From contig OZ037833.1 of assembly GCA_964035575.1 (NCBI GenBank), positions 558,001-622,000 of the forward strand: 64,000 bases of DNA, written 5' to 3'. The notes under the pieces are model-generated. The model saw only the letters and a program-made list of their open reading frames with translations. It searched no databases and had not been told where the DNA came from. Made by a program: the position numbers and the translations under genes. Of the stretch, positions 24,178 to 38,000 are shown one piece after another. Each line of letters starts with the position of its first letter. Position 1 is the first letter of the stretch. This DNA comes from Rhynchopus sp. YZ270_cl-10 (taxonomy: Eukaryota).

Positions 24178-25963
24178 TTATTTTTTTTTGATAAATTGTT
24201 GGGGTAGTGTAGTTGCCTCGGTTGTGTTGCCACAGTTGTGCAATCTCCACTGGTTTTTAAAAAGGTAACGGTAGTTTTTAAAAGGTTGGGTGCACACGGT
24301 GACCACGTGATTCAGGAAAACGTAACATACTGAAAACGGTAATGCTAAGGGACATGATTTTTCTATTTGCCTCCACGCAATGCAAAGCTGCGATCAAACA
24401 AAAAGTACACAGAGGTAGTATTAGTGACTAATCAGGCACAATGTTGGTTTAGTTTTTTTTTTTTTAAAATATGTATCATCGTTTTTAAACTTTATACATA
24501 CATTTCAAATCACATGAAAATATGTTACTTTTCTCGGTCACATGGTCACCGTGCGGGGGGGGCAGAGGAGGAGGGAAAGAAGAAACAGAACCGAAGATGA
24601 AAAAAACAACAAACAAAATCGCTCTACGAAACCAAGAATAAAAGCTAGAACAACCCAGGATGTGCCTTGCGTACATCTCTGAGGTAAACGGGCAGGGGAC
24701 GGTTGACCCGAACTTTGAAGAACGCTTCGACTTCAATCAAGATCAGGGTTGTTCCTTGTTCTCGGAAAAAACAGCAAAATTCTGGATTTATGTTCCCGTT
24801 TTTTTCCTTTTTTTGGGTGGGGGTTTTTTGCCCTTTTTCAGGCTTTCTGAGCTCTACCCTCACTGTAGTGGGGTCATTTCGAAAAAATGGACAAGTTCTT
24901 GATTGATACAAATTTTGGTTACGACCACTAGTGAGTTGCTCACAATGCTAAATGAGTGTCAGAACTGTGATTCTGGGCCCACTTTAACCGCCCCTCGAAA
25001 TTCACAAAGGGGTCCCAAACCCGGGCGCGCTACACGCGCGCGGAACTTTTTGCAGCTTTGGCCTAGTTGCATTTTTGGCTGCAAAATGCAAGGGGATCCC
25101 CAAAGACGTTGGGAATATTATTTGGATGGGGCAGTGATTTTGTACCTGCATACACGCTCCCTAGTGGTAACCGTGTGCATGCCAATGAAGTGCTCTCTGG
25201 GGTTCGATAACCCGTGGAACCAGTGCTTCCGCCGATGAACGGTGAGGCGTTTACACTTCTCTTTTTGCGGAGCAGAAAATAATATAAATGGCGCCGCAGG
25301 CAAAAAATTTTGAGTACGGCGTAAAAATCTAGCCTTCGACGAACACTTTTTTGAAGAGCAAAAAATGAAAAATGGCGCCGCAGGCAAAAATAAATTGGGG
25401 GTACAGCCCTGGACGGTGCAGGATTTTGTTGTCAATTTTTTTTTCTTGCCCCCTGAAAACTCTTGCTTTTGAGAGTTTCGACCATTTCACCACACTGGTG
25501 GTGTGTCACCTACAGTGAAACCCACCAGAAACCACAACAAAGCCCCCTAAGGAAAAAAGGAAAAAAAAAAAGGAAAAAAAAACTAAAATCCAGAATTTCA
25601 TGTTCTCGGTCCCACTTAGGAACTTCCCTGATCAAGATACATTTTTTTTTTCTAATATTTTCCCCCCAAACAAGATGAACCATAAAGTCTCTCTGTACTT
25701 AGTCTCTTAGCCATCTTTGTTTCCCTCATTCCACCCATCTAAATCAACTACCATGCCCAGACTCATCCCAAACACAAAGAACAGGGGGGTCTAACAAGCC
25801 ACAGGTGTAAAAAAAAAAAGAACAAAGAATCAAGGCAAACTGAGGTGTTATTTAGTCTTTTTTTTTACAAACCCATATCCGTGTAAAAAAGACCATAACC
25901 CCCCATGAAATGTTAGAGGTGCCAAGTCTTGTTTCGTGCGCCGCCTAACAGAAAAAAAACTAA

Positions 25964-26112
25964 GTTGGGGTGTTCCGGGGGTATGGAATTTTGGCAATCT
26001 TCATTTCAATTCACAACTCTTCACAACTTTTCATAACTCTTCACAAAAAAAGTGTGAAAAGTTGTGAAAAGTTGTGAAGATTGCCAAAATTCTATACCCC
26101 CGGAACACCCAC
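25964..26112. mobile_element. Small palindromic MITE
   Basis: gggtgttccgggggtatggaattttggcaatcttca is mirrored at the right end, with TAA on both flanks. Confidence 0.7.
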
Positions 26113-26880
26113 TAAGGATTTATTTTTTTTCTTACAGGAGGGCAGTTTTTATTCAACCTGTGTTTGGACCCCTGTAAACTAGGATTTTTTAGGGCCGGGG
26201 GAAATGTTTCGAGAAAGAAAAAAAAAAGGGGGGGGGGAAAGTTTATAAGATGAACCTAAGCCTCTAGTGTTAAGTCACTTAAAAAAAAGGAGCCATCTGA
26301 ATGAAAAAGACACCCTATTTTTCCTGAAATATTAGTGGGAGTTTGGGGGGGGTTTTTTTAAAATGAAGTTTTTTGATATTTTTGCGTTGTGCTCTTATTT
26401 TTTTTTTATAATTTCCTTCTTTTGTTTTTCAGTTTGTTTTTTTTTGGGGGGTTTTTTGTTTTGTTTTGTTTTGTTTTGTTTGGGGTGGTTTTAAATACGA
26501 AACTCCACCAAACCCCTCCAAATTTCAAGGGAAAAAAATCAGGTGATAAAAAGGTGACAGCGATGGGTATGAATAACACCATCTAAGTTTTCTGCATTCT
26601 TTGATCTCAACAAATGGTCGAGGGGAAGGAGGGAGGGGAAGCAAATACCTGAAATTACCAATGAAGTACAGAACAAAAGAGAGGAAACACCGTACTGTGT
26701 TCATTGCAACACAGTACCGGGAAGAGACATGGGGGGGGGGGTTTTTAAAAAAGAAATTCTGGCGTGAAATGAAATAAAGAGACCTGAAGAGAGGTACATA
26801 CAACAAAAAATCAAGAGACAATCAAATGTTTTGGAGCTGTTATCCAGGGTTTTGCCTTTGTCCTAACACATAGTGTATTA

Positions 26881-28784
26881 CACCATGGACTCGTAATGAC
26901 ATTACGCGCGTCATGACGAGGTAATTACGAGTGCCTTGACGAGGGCACCCCCTCGTAATTACGAGGGGGTGCCCTCGTCATGACGAGGTAATTACGAGGG
27001 CACCCCCTCGTAATTACCTCGTCATGACGTCGTCATGACGTGGGCACCCAGGTACCCAGGTACCCAGGTACCCAGGTACCCAGGTACCCAGGTACCCAGG
27101 TACCCAGGTACCCCCAATGACATAACGAAGTATCGCTTGAAAGTACCTTTCAATATACCTTGCTTGGGTGTGCATGAAGTAGCACACACAAGGTATATCA
27201 AACGATAAATCAATCAGATAAAACGTTACATCATCGGAAAATTGTTGGCACCGCCGCCCTGTCTTCGTATTTATTACGTCGACAGGCCAAACAGCGTTGG
27301 GCTCAGAAGAAGCAGTGCAAGACACTGGGGATCAACATGAGAACCAACTCCCAACAACACAGGCTACCGAAGTAGCAGGTGGGGTGTTGCGGGTGTTTGG
27401 GGTGAGAAAATCGATTTTGGTAAGTTACAGCAGAAAATTCTTAAGTTTGCACTAGTCGAGAAGGGTTACCACTGCTCACCGAGCGGTGCACCCATTTAAG
27501 GGTGGAGAAGCGTGACACGCACATACAAGTATGCACATTACTTCAACAAAGGCTGAATTCTGGTAATTCTAAGGGATGTGAATTACAGCCACCACATGGT
27601 TGTCATTAGGCTACTACCTTCGTCGTAGACGTATACAAAGGTTTCGCCCCCTTCTCTTTCATGCAAACTTAAGAAAATCCTGAAGTAACTACAACCTGGC
27701 GTGCGGGTACAGATGCATTGCTTTGTTCTTTCCTCAAAGTCATGTGTGATCTCTCGGGTCTGTACTAAAGTCAGTGTTTAGATAAGCATCCACTTGACTC
27801 GTTCTAACAACCGTTGAAATCTAGAACAAAACAACACACTGCCCCTTCTCACACCAAGCCGCCATGCTTCAAGAGCATGCCCTGGGCAAAAATTACTGTG
27901 ACAAAAATTAGTTTCCTGGGGGAACGCAATATTTTCTTGTGCCTAGTCCTCCGCAAGAGCAGAGGACAGACTTTCCGGATCCCGAAGTCGAATTTCTTGC
28001 ACTAGCTATGCTCCCTGGGTTAAATGGCTATAGCAGTGACTGACAAAGAGTTTCCCAGAGGAAGAAAGAACCTGTGGCGTAGAGTTGCGGGTTTTCATCG
28101 TTTATCATGTTTTTGTATACTGTCATCCTGTGAGGGTGTTTTTGGAGGTGTGGTGGAAAAAGGAACAGAAAAAAACAAGAAATATTACCCTCCCAGAATT
28201 CTTACGATTACGGTATTATAATGGACACAGGATATCGTAAAATATCCGTGGTTTTTGAGAGGAGAACTGCGTATTTGTGTACCCCCAGATGGTCCATTAA
28301 AAAATTGTGTTCTTTTACTTGGCCACTACCTAAATCTCGACCTTTATTTAAAATTTTTTTTATGCTGAGCCAAAGTAGTCGGTAAAGAAAAATATGGGGG
28401 AAGGAGGAAAAAAAACCGCAAAAACGCGTTTTAGACCCCCACAGATGCTCAAAAGCATCAAATTTTGCTTTTAATGGCCTCAAATCGTCGAAATTAGCCC
28501 TTTATAGGGGCAAAAAAAAAAATTCGAGAGTCCCTTTCCCTGGGAGGCAATAGCCAGACAATGACCACGGGAGCACCCCTCGTAATTACGAGGGGTCCCC
28601 TCGTAATTACGAGGGCACCCCTCGTCATGACGTCGTAATGCCGTCGTCGTGACGAGGAAAACCCCACGTCATGACGTCGTCATTACGAGGGGGTGCCCGC
28701 GTCGTGACGACGTCATTGCGCGCGTAATTTCCCACGTAATTTCCCTCGTCCCTCGTCACGTAATGTCATTACAAGTCCATGGTG
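26881..28784. mobile_element. CAC-terminated TIR element with 2-bp TSD (CMC/EnSpm-like), non-autonomous
   Basis: TIR caccatggact(c/t)gtaatgacattacg, TA flanks, subterminal arrays of palindromes CTCGTAATTACGAG and CGTCATGACG, (ggtaccca)n satellite at 27045-27113. Confidence 0.85.
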
Positions 28785-31408
28785 TAAGAACCTAGACAAA
28801 AAGAAAGCCAACGTTCAGATCTTGTATAACAGTATTTCCCCTTGAATCCTTTCACCTTGCGCCAAACAGATTTTTACCCCTATTTGGCTGCGTTCAACGA
28901 CAAACACTGTTATTTTTATTGTTATCAAGATCAGTTGGCGGATGATATCGTCTAGTTTTTTGTTTTTTACAAACACCGCAACAAAAAAATAATACGAAAC
29001 ATTTGCACGACCCTGAACCTTAAGATATAACATCCCGCATGAGAGAGTCATCTGTCGGTTTTCTTTCTTTCTCTCCACCCCAGAATTTTTTTAAATTGAA
29101 ACAAAGCTGTGTAAGGTGGGACCTACAACCATTGCTTTCCCTTAGTATTTTTTTTTTTTTTTGAAAAAAAAAAAAGAAATTCCTCGTTCAAAAGAGCCCT
29201 GGTTCTATTTTTTGACCTGACACAGATCAGGCACAAAAATGGAACCTGGGACCATTTTTTTTTTTTCCTTTTAGTGCACGGTGCAGTCTGTCCTGGAAAT
29301 GTCGGACCCTTTTGTCGGAGTCCGAGGGGGTCCGACAGTCGGACCCCCTGAGTCCGACAGTACCCAGGTGCCCAGGTGCCCAGGTACCCAGGTACCCAGG
29401 TACCCAGGTACCCAGGTCCAGGTCCAGGAACAGGTACCCAGGAACAGGAAAAAAGTCGTGAAAGAGCAACCACAGCTCCACATGACAAACACAAAAGTGT
29501 CCAGTCACGTGGGGCATTCATGCACTGAGGAGATAATGATCCAACAATTTACAAGAAAGATTACTTAACCTACTGCTGGAAATTGCCAGGTCGTAGTAAC
29601 ACACAAAGTGTGCCTCCGTTCGGGAAGACCGGATATTCTAGAGACCAGAAAGGCCTCAAGAATATCTTCCGGTAGTCAAGGTAGAACCGAGTGAACGGCC
29701 CAAGACCCCCGTGGAGAAGTTAAATGTTGTAATGCTATCAGGTAGAAACTGCGAACACTGTCTTACCCTCCTCAATGCATGGTGGTTGATGTCTTCCACA
29801 ACAAATTTCCTGTACCCAGGTACCCAAATTCCCAGACCCACGCAGTGGCACATGACCGCCAAGTGTGAGTGACCCACACATGAGGGAATGCGACACTACG
29901 CAAAATTTACCACCAGACCCTGTCTTCGTGCACCTGAAGTACAACGCCGCAGACAGGCCAAACATGCGTTGGACTCAGAGGAATGCCCGCTGTGCAGGTA
30001 TCAAACATGAGAACCAACTCCCAGCAACAAGGGGCGCCTTTTGGCGGGCGTTGTTGAGGGTGTTTGGGGTGCAAAGTTTTCCACAATTTTGATGCGCGGG
30101 TACAGAAGTGTTGTCTTGTTCTTTCATCTCTAGGAATGTAAATGTCAATCGCGTTTAACTACCACGAGGGCTTGTTTAGTGAACCCACGAGGGGTCGAAG
30201 GGGGTTGGTTATCCCATATCTATCAAAGGTTGTGTCGACCAGGCGAATCCACTATGTTACGCTGTACGTTGTTAAATCCGAAGAAATAACGCTTTAGCAG
30301 CCGCAGGAAGTTTGTTAAAAAGAGTGCCTCACGCTACACAAACCACCACCCGCGATTGACTTAGATGTTATAACAAAGAGAATTCAGAACAAAACAACAC
30401 CCTGCCCCATACACACTAAATTGTCATGCTTCAAGAGCATGCCTGGGCCAAAATTACTGTGACAAAAAGGCAACAAGACCACCCACAAGGAGTGTGAAAT
30501 GTGCACTGGTTTTCTGGGGGAACGCAATATTTTCTTGTGCCTCGTCCTCCGCAAGCAGAGGACAGACTTTCCGGAAGGTTTCCAAAGTCGAATTTCTTGC
30601 ACTAGCTATGCTCCCTGGGTTAAATGGCAATAGCAGTGACTGACAAAGTGTACCCATCCCCCTTCCACCCCAGATCTTAGTCCGCAAACTCAGAATGGAT
30701 TGATGCGGGTGATACTCTTTGGATTTTGAGTTGCTGAATGTCGGAGACGCGGCGAGGCTTCTCATCACAATCGCAGATGCAGTTCAGATTTCACGATCCT
30801 GTGATGAGTGTAAATGTGGAGTGTGATTAATGAATGAAATGTATGGTGTAGAAACGCAGTTATCGGGAAAGGTGAGGTTAATGTGGTAAAAAAAGGGGAT
30901 AAAACTCGTGTAATTTTGTGAATTCCCACAAAGGTGGGTGATAATGTGCCCTTTGTCACTCAATTGTAACCGAGAATGTATGGGAGAATGAAATATTATT
31001 TCCCAACCCAACAACAACGATAAAGCGTGAAGACAATAAATGAAATCAAAGCGGAATAAATTTGAGGTTTTGTGAGGCACTCAACGAGTGTGCCGGCTCT
31101 GTGGCGTCACGGAGCCACCAACACTCCCCAGTCATTTTTCCTGCGCTTCCAGGAAAACTCGCGTTTGCGACCAGGCCGAAACGAAAAAATTTAATTCACA
31201 GCAAACAGGTGTGAGGGAGAAGAAAAGAAAGTGAACAAAAACGAAAAAACAATGTTTTTCTGAAATGTGATGTTGTTGGGGTGGGGAGAATAAAACAGTT
31301 CCAGAAAAGCTCCTGCGTCGGTTTTCTTTTGGTTAAAAAAATCACTCAGTAAAAAAAAGAACTTTTTCATCACTCCCCTCAAATACTGCCAAAACGAAGA
31401 AGGACAGG

Positions 31409-32296
31409 ATGTATGACACTTACGGATACCAAGTCTCAGCGGGTATGAGAAGCAAGGAGGTGTACAAGAAGAAATGGGACGAGTTCTTGCGGTTTTCAAA
31501 CCTCGAGCGACTTGGTCCGCTTTGTATTGACACGGACCTCGACACCCCGACATGTACTGGCTTTTGAGAAAGGCAGTCGGTTCCTCGGTAGATTGCGTGC
31601 AAGTGAGGGAATATCCATCTGCTTGGAAGACGTCAAAACACCAAACATAGTATTTCGCGACATAAAGGGCAGATCAAATACTCACTGCCTTACATTCTCG
31701 GTTACAATTGAGTGACACAAAGGGCATATAATCTGCAAAATTACACGAGTTTTATTTCACTGAGTTAGATAATTATTATCTCATGAAATAAAGTGAACAT
31801 TATTTCACGAGGTGGTGGGTGACTCAAACTGGGGCTCAACTTCACGAAGCGAGTGGAGTTCAGCATTTTGATTTCATGAGTGAAGTGAGTGTAATCATAA
31901 AAGTGATGTCACGAGCGATAGCGAGTGGGTATCACGTATTCCAGTTTGTGAATCACCCATCAGTTAAATAATGTTCACTTTAGTTTTCGATACGTAATTT
32001 TATACCACGCGTGAAAAACGTAAACAGGTGAAAAAGTGAGTGAAATAAGATTCGTTTTATTTCACGTTTTATTTCACGCAAATCGTGAAGGATTGGGTGG
32101 GGGAGTGAAATAAAAGATCACGGAGTGATCTGAAGGACACGACGTGTTCTTCCCTGGGCTCGTTCGCTCCTGAAAGTCTGTTGAAACGGAGGAAATCGTC
32201 CCATGTTTTCCTGTACTGCACACCACTGTTCATGTCGTCGAACAAGTTGTCATATGCATCCTCCATCTCCGCAAACTTGCGCGTGGGTTTAGGCAT
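31409..32296. mobile_element. Crypton-like tyrosine recombinase remnants, two convergent N-terminal fragments
   Basis: Plus 31409: SKEVYKKKWDEFLRF, then GRLRASEGISICLEDV (YR box I-like). Minus 32296: SGVQYRKTWDDFLRF. CTCGCTTCGCTCG-type motifs occur nearby. Confidence 0.6.
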
Positions 32297-33293
32297 GTGT
32301 GTAAGAGGCAATAAATAATCTGTAATTTGAAGTGTGGTGGTGTGAGGGGTGGAGCGTGGGCTCAACGTTCCACTGTTTACACCTATAAATACGTTTTTCA
32401 CTTGTGGAATAAAATTACATATTGAGTGAAATAAGAACATTTTCTTGCACTTGCCACTAAAAAGGCACCCTCGTGACTCTCACTCTTATTCCCCTCGCTT
32501 CGCTCGGGAAATAACGCACTCGGGCACCTTTTTAGTGGCGCGTGAAATAAAATAGTTCTTATTTCACTCGAATAAATAGTTATTATCTCACGGGCAATAA
32601 TGTTGTGCTGCGTTTTCGAAATTCCTACAGTATATTTGACAAATGATGTATGACCACCTAGTACGGGGCGTCAAGGTTGGGTATGGTGAACAGTTCCTCG
32701 AAGTCCTATGACTGCAACCCTTTTGGTTGCATGCGCAGATCTCCTCCACATTGCTTTTGCGCCTACTCTCGGCATGGGTTTTGTTTTGTTCTTTGTGTGC
32801 GGAGATAATGTCTACTGTATTTTGTGTAATCTCCAGGAAGGAATTTCGAAAACGCGGCTAAACATTATTACACAAGTGAGATAAAAAATTGTTGGCTCTC
32901 TCTCTGTTGTTTTGGCTTTTGTTTTTTTGTCTATTTGTGACGAGGCCTGGAACACCTGAACATAGGCATATCTGGAAAATCTATCTGAGGTGTGGCAAAT
33001 TAAATATATTCAAGCGTGTGGTTGAGGCACACCTAAACATAAGTAAGTGCCAAGTCTGAACATTTATTTTCAGAGGCCTTAGTGAGGCTGTTTCGGCCTC
33101 GTTGCATTGTATCATGATGTAATAAGGTTCACATACTTTCGATTCAAAGAAGAGAAAGCACACAAGAAAATAAAATGCTGCAAACCACTGGGTGTGTTGT
33201 TTGCATCTACACAAGTAACTGAAAGTTAAACATTTACATACCTTGTCTTCCCCGTAGCCTCCGCCTTCGCTGCTGTCAAGCTGCCTTCTCTTG

Positions 33294-33685
33294 GTACCCA
33301 GTACCCAGTACCCAGTACCCAGTACCCAGTACCCAGTACCCAGTACCCAGTACCCAGTACCCAGTACCCAGTACCCAGTACCCAGTACCCAGTACCCAGT
33401 ACCCAGTACCCAGTACCCAGTACCCAGTACCCAGTACCCAGTACCCAGTACCCAGTACCCAGTACCCAGTACCCAGTACCCAGTACCCAGTACCCAGTAC
33501 CCAGTACCCAGTACCCAGTACCCAGTACCCAGTACCCAGTACCCAGTACCCAGTACCCAGTACCCAGTACCCAGTACCCAGTACCCAGTACCCAGTACCC
33601 AGTACCCAGTACCCAGTACCCAGTACCCAGTACCCAGTACCCAGTACCCAGTACCCAGTACCCAGTACCCAGTACCCAGTACCCA
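33294..33685. repeat. (GTACCCA)n 7-bp satellite
   Basis: Perfect tandem array. Confidence 0.98.
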
Positions 33686-34555
33686 AATTGGTCGCCCCCT
33701 GGTTGGTCGAGAACCTAAAAATGCAAAAAAACGCAAAATTCATGTGTTTTGACCATGTCTGGGTACACCAAATACACACCTCTGAACAAGCCTATACCCA
33801 GTAGTAGGCAACAAGCGCTATTTTTTGACCAAGAAAAAAAAAATCCCCCAAAAATTGGGTGTAGTAGGTCATAAAATGGCCCAAAAAATTCAAAGAAAAC
33901 CTCAGATTGACCAAACAATGAAAAAAATTTTCAAGTCAAATTTTCAGCCAAAATACGGCTATTTTGGTAAAACCATGTGTACTGTAGTGGCTATACAAGG
34001 CGATTTTCGGCCAAAAAAATTTTTTTGGCCAAAAAAAAAAAATTTTTTTTCGGCCCAAAAAAAAAATTTTTTTTTTGGGTCCGACTGTCGGACCCCTGAG
34101 TCCGACAGTCGGACTCCAGAGTCCGTCTGTCGGACTCCAGAGTCCGACAGACGGACCCCTGAGTCCGTCTGTCGGACTCAGGGGGTCCGACTGTCGGACT
34201 CAGGGGGTAAGTCCGTTATTTACACACTCCAAGCACGACAGACCGCACCGTGTGTACACAAATAGGATTTCACTTCATCACCTCCCCCCTTTATCCTCGA
34301 TTTTGCATCGATGCTCACCCACAGGTTGGCCCTACCATGGATGCCTACAACAACACACCTCATCGCTAAAGAGCGTAGAAATTCAGTTCTTTTTTTTTTC
34401 GACACTCTTTTGATAAATTGTTGGAGCACTGTAGTTGCCTCGGTTGTGTTACCATAGTTTTGTACAACCTCCACTATCAACAAAAACCGCAGTTTTTTAC
34501 TTTTTTTGTATCGAGCACTTTACACTTTTTCCCTCACTTTTTTTCTTCTTTTTTG

Positions 34556-35062
34556 TCAGGTGATAACACAGTCGCTCTTGGTCTGACGCTTGATGAGTGG
34601 GGCGGAGTCCACTTCTGAGTAGTCATGGTTTCCACCAGACTTGCGAAAGCTTGCTGAAAAGCGGGATTTGTTGGACCCCTGGCGGGTGCGTGGCTTGCAG
34701 GTCGTGCTCTCTGCCTCTGCTTCTGCACTCTCCTCGTCGTCCCCTTCTGTGGTGGTAGGTGTGGGGTGCACGATTTCTTGCTCAGCAAGAAGCTGACCGT
34801 AGCACTGCAGCTGGTCCGCGTGGGTGAGAAGCACCCACTGCATGTCGGTGCTGTCGAAAATGCGCAGGTTTTTCAAGACGAACTCCGGCTGCGGCGGGCG
34901 GCTCCTCCGGTAGGGCTGCTGCTTTGCGATCTGCACCAGCTCGGTTGTGAACAGGTCTTCAATGGTAAGCTGCAAGTCCTTCAACGCCGGCTTATCCTGA
35001 AACAACAACGACAACTGCTTATCATCACTCCTAATAAAAGCGCTGACTGAGAGCAGAAACAT
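34556..35062 (-). CDS. Small protein with BILBO1-NTD-like domain and C-terminal CaaX (CVIT)
   Basis: Aligns by eye with the BILBO1 NTD at 18342 (LRIFDSTDMQWVLL...QLQCYGQL versus LQVYDDVLLKWVDL...QMHEYDQI). Upstream pyrimidine tract. Confidence 0.75.
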   Translation of the reverse strand: MFLLSVSAFIRSDDKQLSLLFQDKPALKDLQLTIEDLFTTELVQIAKQQPYRRSRPPQPEFVLKNLRIFDSTDMQWVLLTHADQLQCYGQLLAEQEIVHPTPTTTEGDDEESAEAEAESTTCKPRTRQGSNKSRFSASFRKSGGNHDYSEVDSAPLIKRQTKSDCVIT

Positions 35063-38000
35063 TGGAGGGGATGGGGAAGGGGGGTGTTTTGCACAGAGAG
35101 AGGGGGAGAGGGAGTGTTGGTGTAAATAGGTGCTGTGTTGAGGAGGGGGTGGTTTGAGGAAGTGAAGTGTGGGAAAAAATCACAGGGACATAGCTACAGT
35201 ACTGTACTAAGGGCAGGTCATGCGAGTTCGCATAATTCCGTATTTTTGGGAGAAATCTGTTTCTCTGTTGATTGTATAATCCTTCCCGATCCAAGCCAAG
35301 AGACACGATCTCGATCTCTATGTTTTGACCCCACTCACTCAATAATCCTCATGAAAGGAATAGATTAAGAAATGAAACGCCAAGCGCAAACCCGCAAAGA
35401 GAAGTGAAGAAGAGAAGGGTTGCATCAGGTGGGTTAAGTGAGGTGAAGCAACTGCGCGTCACCATCGCTCACCCAAACGGTGCGTCCCTTCTCCCGTTTG
35501 TTCTGGACAACGTGGGCTTCCCTGTTCTTGTGGAGAAGTTAAGGAGGCTCATGTGGAACGTAAGTACCCCTCACTGCTGGAGGAATGACAGTGAAGGTAA
35601 TGTCCACGTTATGGATAAAGCCACTTGGGATTCTATCCTGACAAGTCAGATGAAAGCAGCGAACAACCACATCGACCTCCACGCAACTTCCTATTCAGCG
35701 AGTGTGGGAGGGGAAAACAACTGGGTGTCCCACTGAGAAACCAGCCTTCTTCCCTCGAATTATTTTTCCGTGGAATGAAGGTTGGTACAACCAAACTCCG
35801 TTCGTACCTTTCGCAGTAGCTTTTTTGTGGGCGTTGCACTTGACGAGCGAGGAGGAATGGACGTTGCTGTGTTGACGGCGCCACCCTCCATAGGCCGTTG
35901 GAAGGACCACGTGCCTGCATGATTCCGCATGCGAAGAGGGGACACTGTCACGTTCCCATCGGGGGTTTTTACACTGCGGGTACCGCTGCGGTTCTGTTTG
36001 ACGGGTTGGTTAAGGTGGTAGATGCGTCAGGACCACGTGTCGAAGTTGATAGAGAGCGAGGTTCTCGAGCATTACGAGTGCATGTCTAAATCTATCTGAG
36101 CAATATAAGCCTGAATATTATACAAAACAAATCTCAATTCACAGGTTTCGCAGACAAGCTGAAGGTGCAGGGTGCTTGGCTACTCCCCCAATTACCCCCT
36201 TTTTTTAAAAAAAAGCACCAGAGCGATGACGCACGATTGACACGTGATTCAGCACGATAACTGAAACGCTGCACAAAAGACGTTCTCATAGAAAATCTGG
36301 CTAAATTTGGACAAGAAAGTACACCTTGGTCACCATCAATAAGAATAAGCTTCTCTGAAACAAAGGGGGGGGGAGGGATTTTTAGCTTTTTTTTGGTTTG
36401 GCAACCCCTACCGGTGGGTTTTGTACACAATGTCGCCCGAAAGGCATTTCCGCTAAGTTTTATTTGTTTTGTTTTTGCTGGAAAAAAAATCTTTCCAGAA
36501 CATCGTTGGTCACCATCCCTCCTTTTTTTATTGTGCAATTATTCACACCTACTTTAAAAAAAAATACATTTTCTTCGCAACTTTGGGAGAGCGTTTTGTT
36601 GGGAAGATCGTTCGGGGATTTTGGACAAAAAAAATAGGAGAAAAAAAACTTCACAAAAAAAAAAAAAAACTTGAATAATATTACCAATGGAACGGGCACT
36701 ACCGTGCTAATCAAGAAGTATCTACACACAACAACATTTTATACCCATCCCTTTCCGTACAATCTCCGTGTATTGTATTTTACCCCCTCCCCTCCCCTGC
36801 CCCATCCAGTAATTGGATACGCAGAAGCCACTTCCTTTTTTCTCTTACGTTCGTATTATATAAACAAAGGGGGTGTTTAAAAAAAAAATGAAAGAAGCTT
36901 TCTCGAACACAGCACACATTCGCGGGACACTTCAGATGGAATGTGGGTGTTAGCAAAAGAGACAATGAAAGCAAACACCACGCATCGGCGGACGCAGGCA
37001 GTGGTTTTTAAAAAAAAAACAGGCAGTCAGAGAGAGGAGGGTATGAAGAAGACGAACAATCACCTTGGGGATAAAGAGGGAAAGCTAGGGTCTTCTCGCT
37101 TTACAGTTGGACAAGAAACTTGATGACCAAAATATTGGCGGATTTTGGGGGTTTTCTTGCAATTCTTGCAATTGGCGACTTTTTTTGGTCGCCAATATTA
37201 CTTGCCCAACTGTACATCAAACAGAACATTGCGTATTGGGGGGGTTTTTTAGTACACTTTTTACTACAATTGCCCAAAAAAAAGTAGAGTTGAAATACAA
37301 AGCCCTCTCGTGACAGTGTACCTTGGTACATGACCGGTACCATGGGTGGACAGCCAAAAAAAAAAAATGTGCAGCATCACACAAGGAAGGGGCAGGAGAT
37401 GCTGTGTTTTGTGTTTTGTGTTTGTCGGGAATTTCCTCGTTTCTGAGTGTTGTAGCTTCTACGAAAGGAAAAGCAGATGTCCCTGGAGAGGCAGCTTCTT
37501 GTATGCAGAAGTGCGTTCCGGTTGGACGGTCGAACTCCAGTTTAAATTTTTTTTTGATAAATTGTTGGAGTAGTGTAGTTGCCTCGTTAGTGTTGCCACA
37601 GTTGTGCAATCTCCACTGTATTTTTGAAAATTTTGGTAAAATATTGGTCATTAGTGCAGACACCCGAGAGAGCTCCACTACATTGCTTTGCGTGAACAAA
37701 AAATGACATTCACTGTTCAACCCGCCAAAACGGGAAGCGAAAAAAGAACACGCCACATACACAAGACATTCTAGGGGGAAAAACAAAAACCCATACCGCC
37801 CCCACCACAATGCATCTAGACCTGCCCACCCACCCACCACCACATATTTTTGTGTACAACATGCAGAACATTTTTTTTGGAAGTTGTCGCACATCCCTGG
37901 TTTTCAAAACAAAATAAAAAAGAAAAGTTTATAAGATGAACCTAAGCCTCTCGTGGACTGTTTGTCACCTACAAAAAACGAATTTTTTTTTATGAAAAAG

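Larger units (their letters stand above)
29277..34252. mobile_element. Large composite CAC-terminated element (CMC/EnSpm-like) with nested insertions
   Basis: TIR cacggtgc(a/g)gtctgtc, TG on both flanks, subterminal gtccgacagtcggac palindromes at both ends. Shares the ggtaccca satellite and decayed internal blocks with 26881-28784. Confidence 0.75.

Noticed and set aside
24645..24780. Possible terminal exon (LIEVEAFFKVRVNRPLPVY...)
   Set aside because: No upstream exon or homology could be established by eye.
32981..33779. YWVLGTG / PVPSTQY repeat ORFs
   Set aside because: Translation of a 7-bp satellite.
35404..36089. GC-balanced plus-strand ORFs
   Set aside because: No recognisable motif, opposite to the gene cluster, no TE ends seen; left uncalled.
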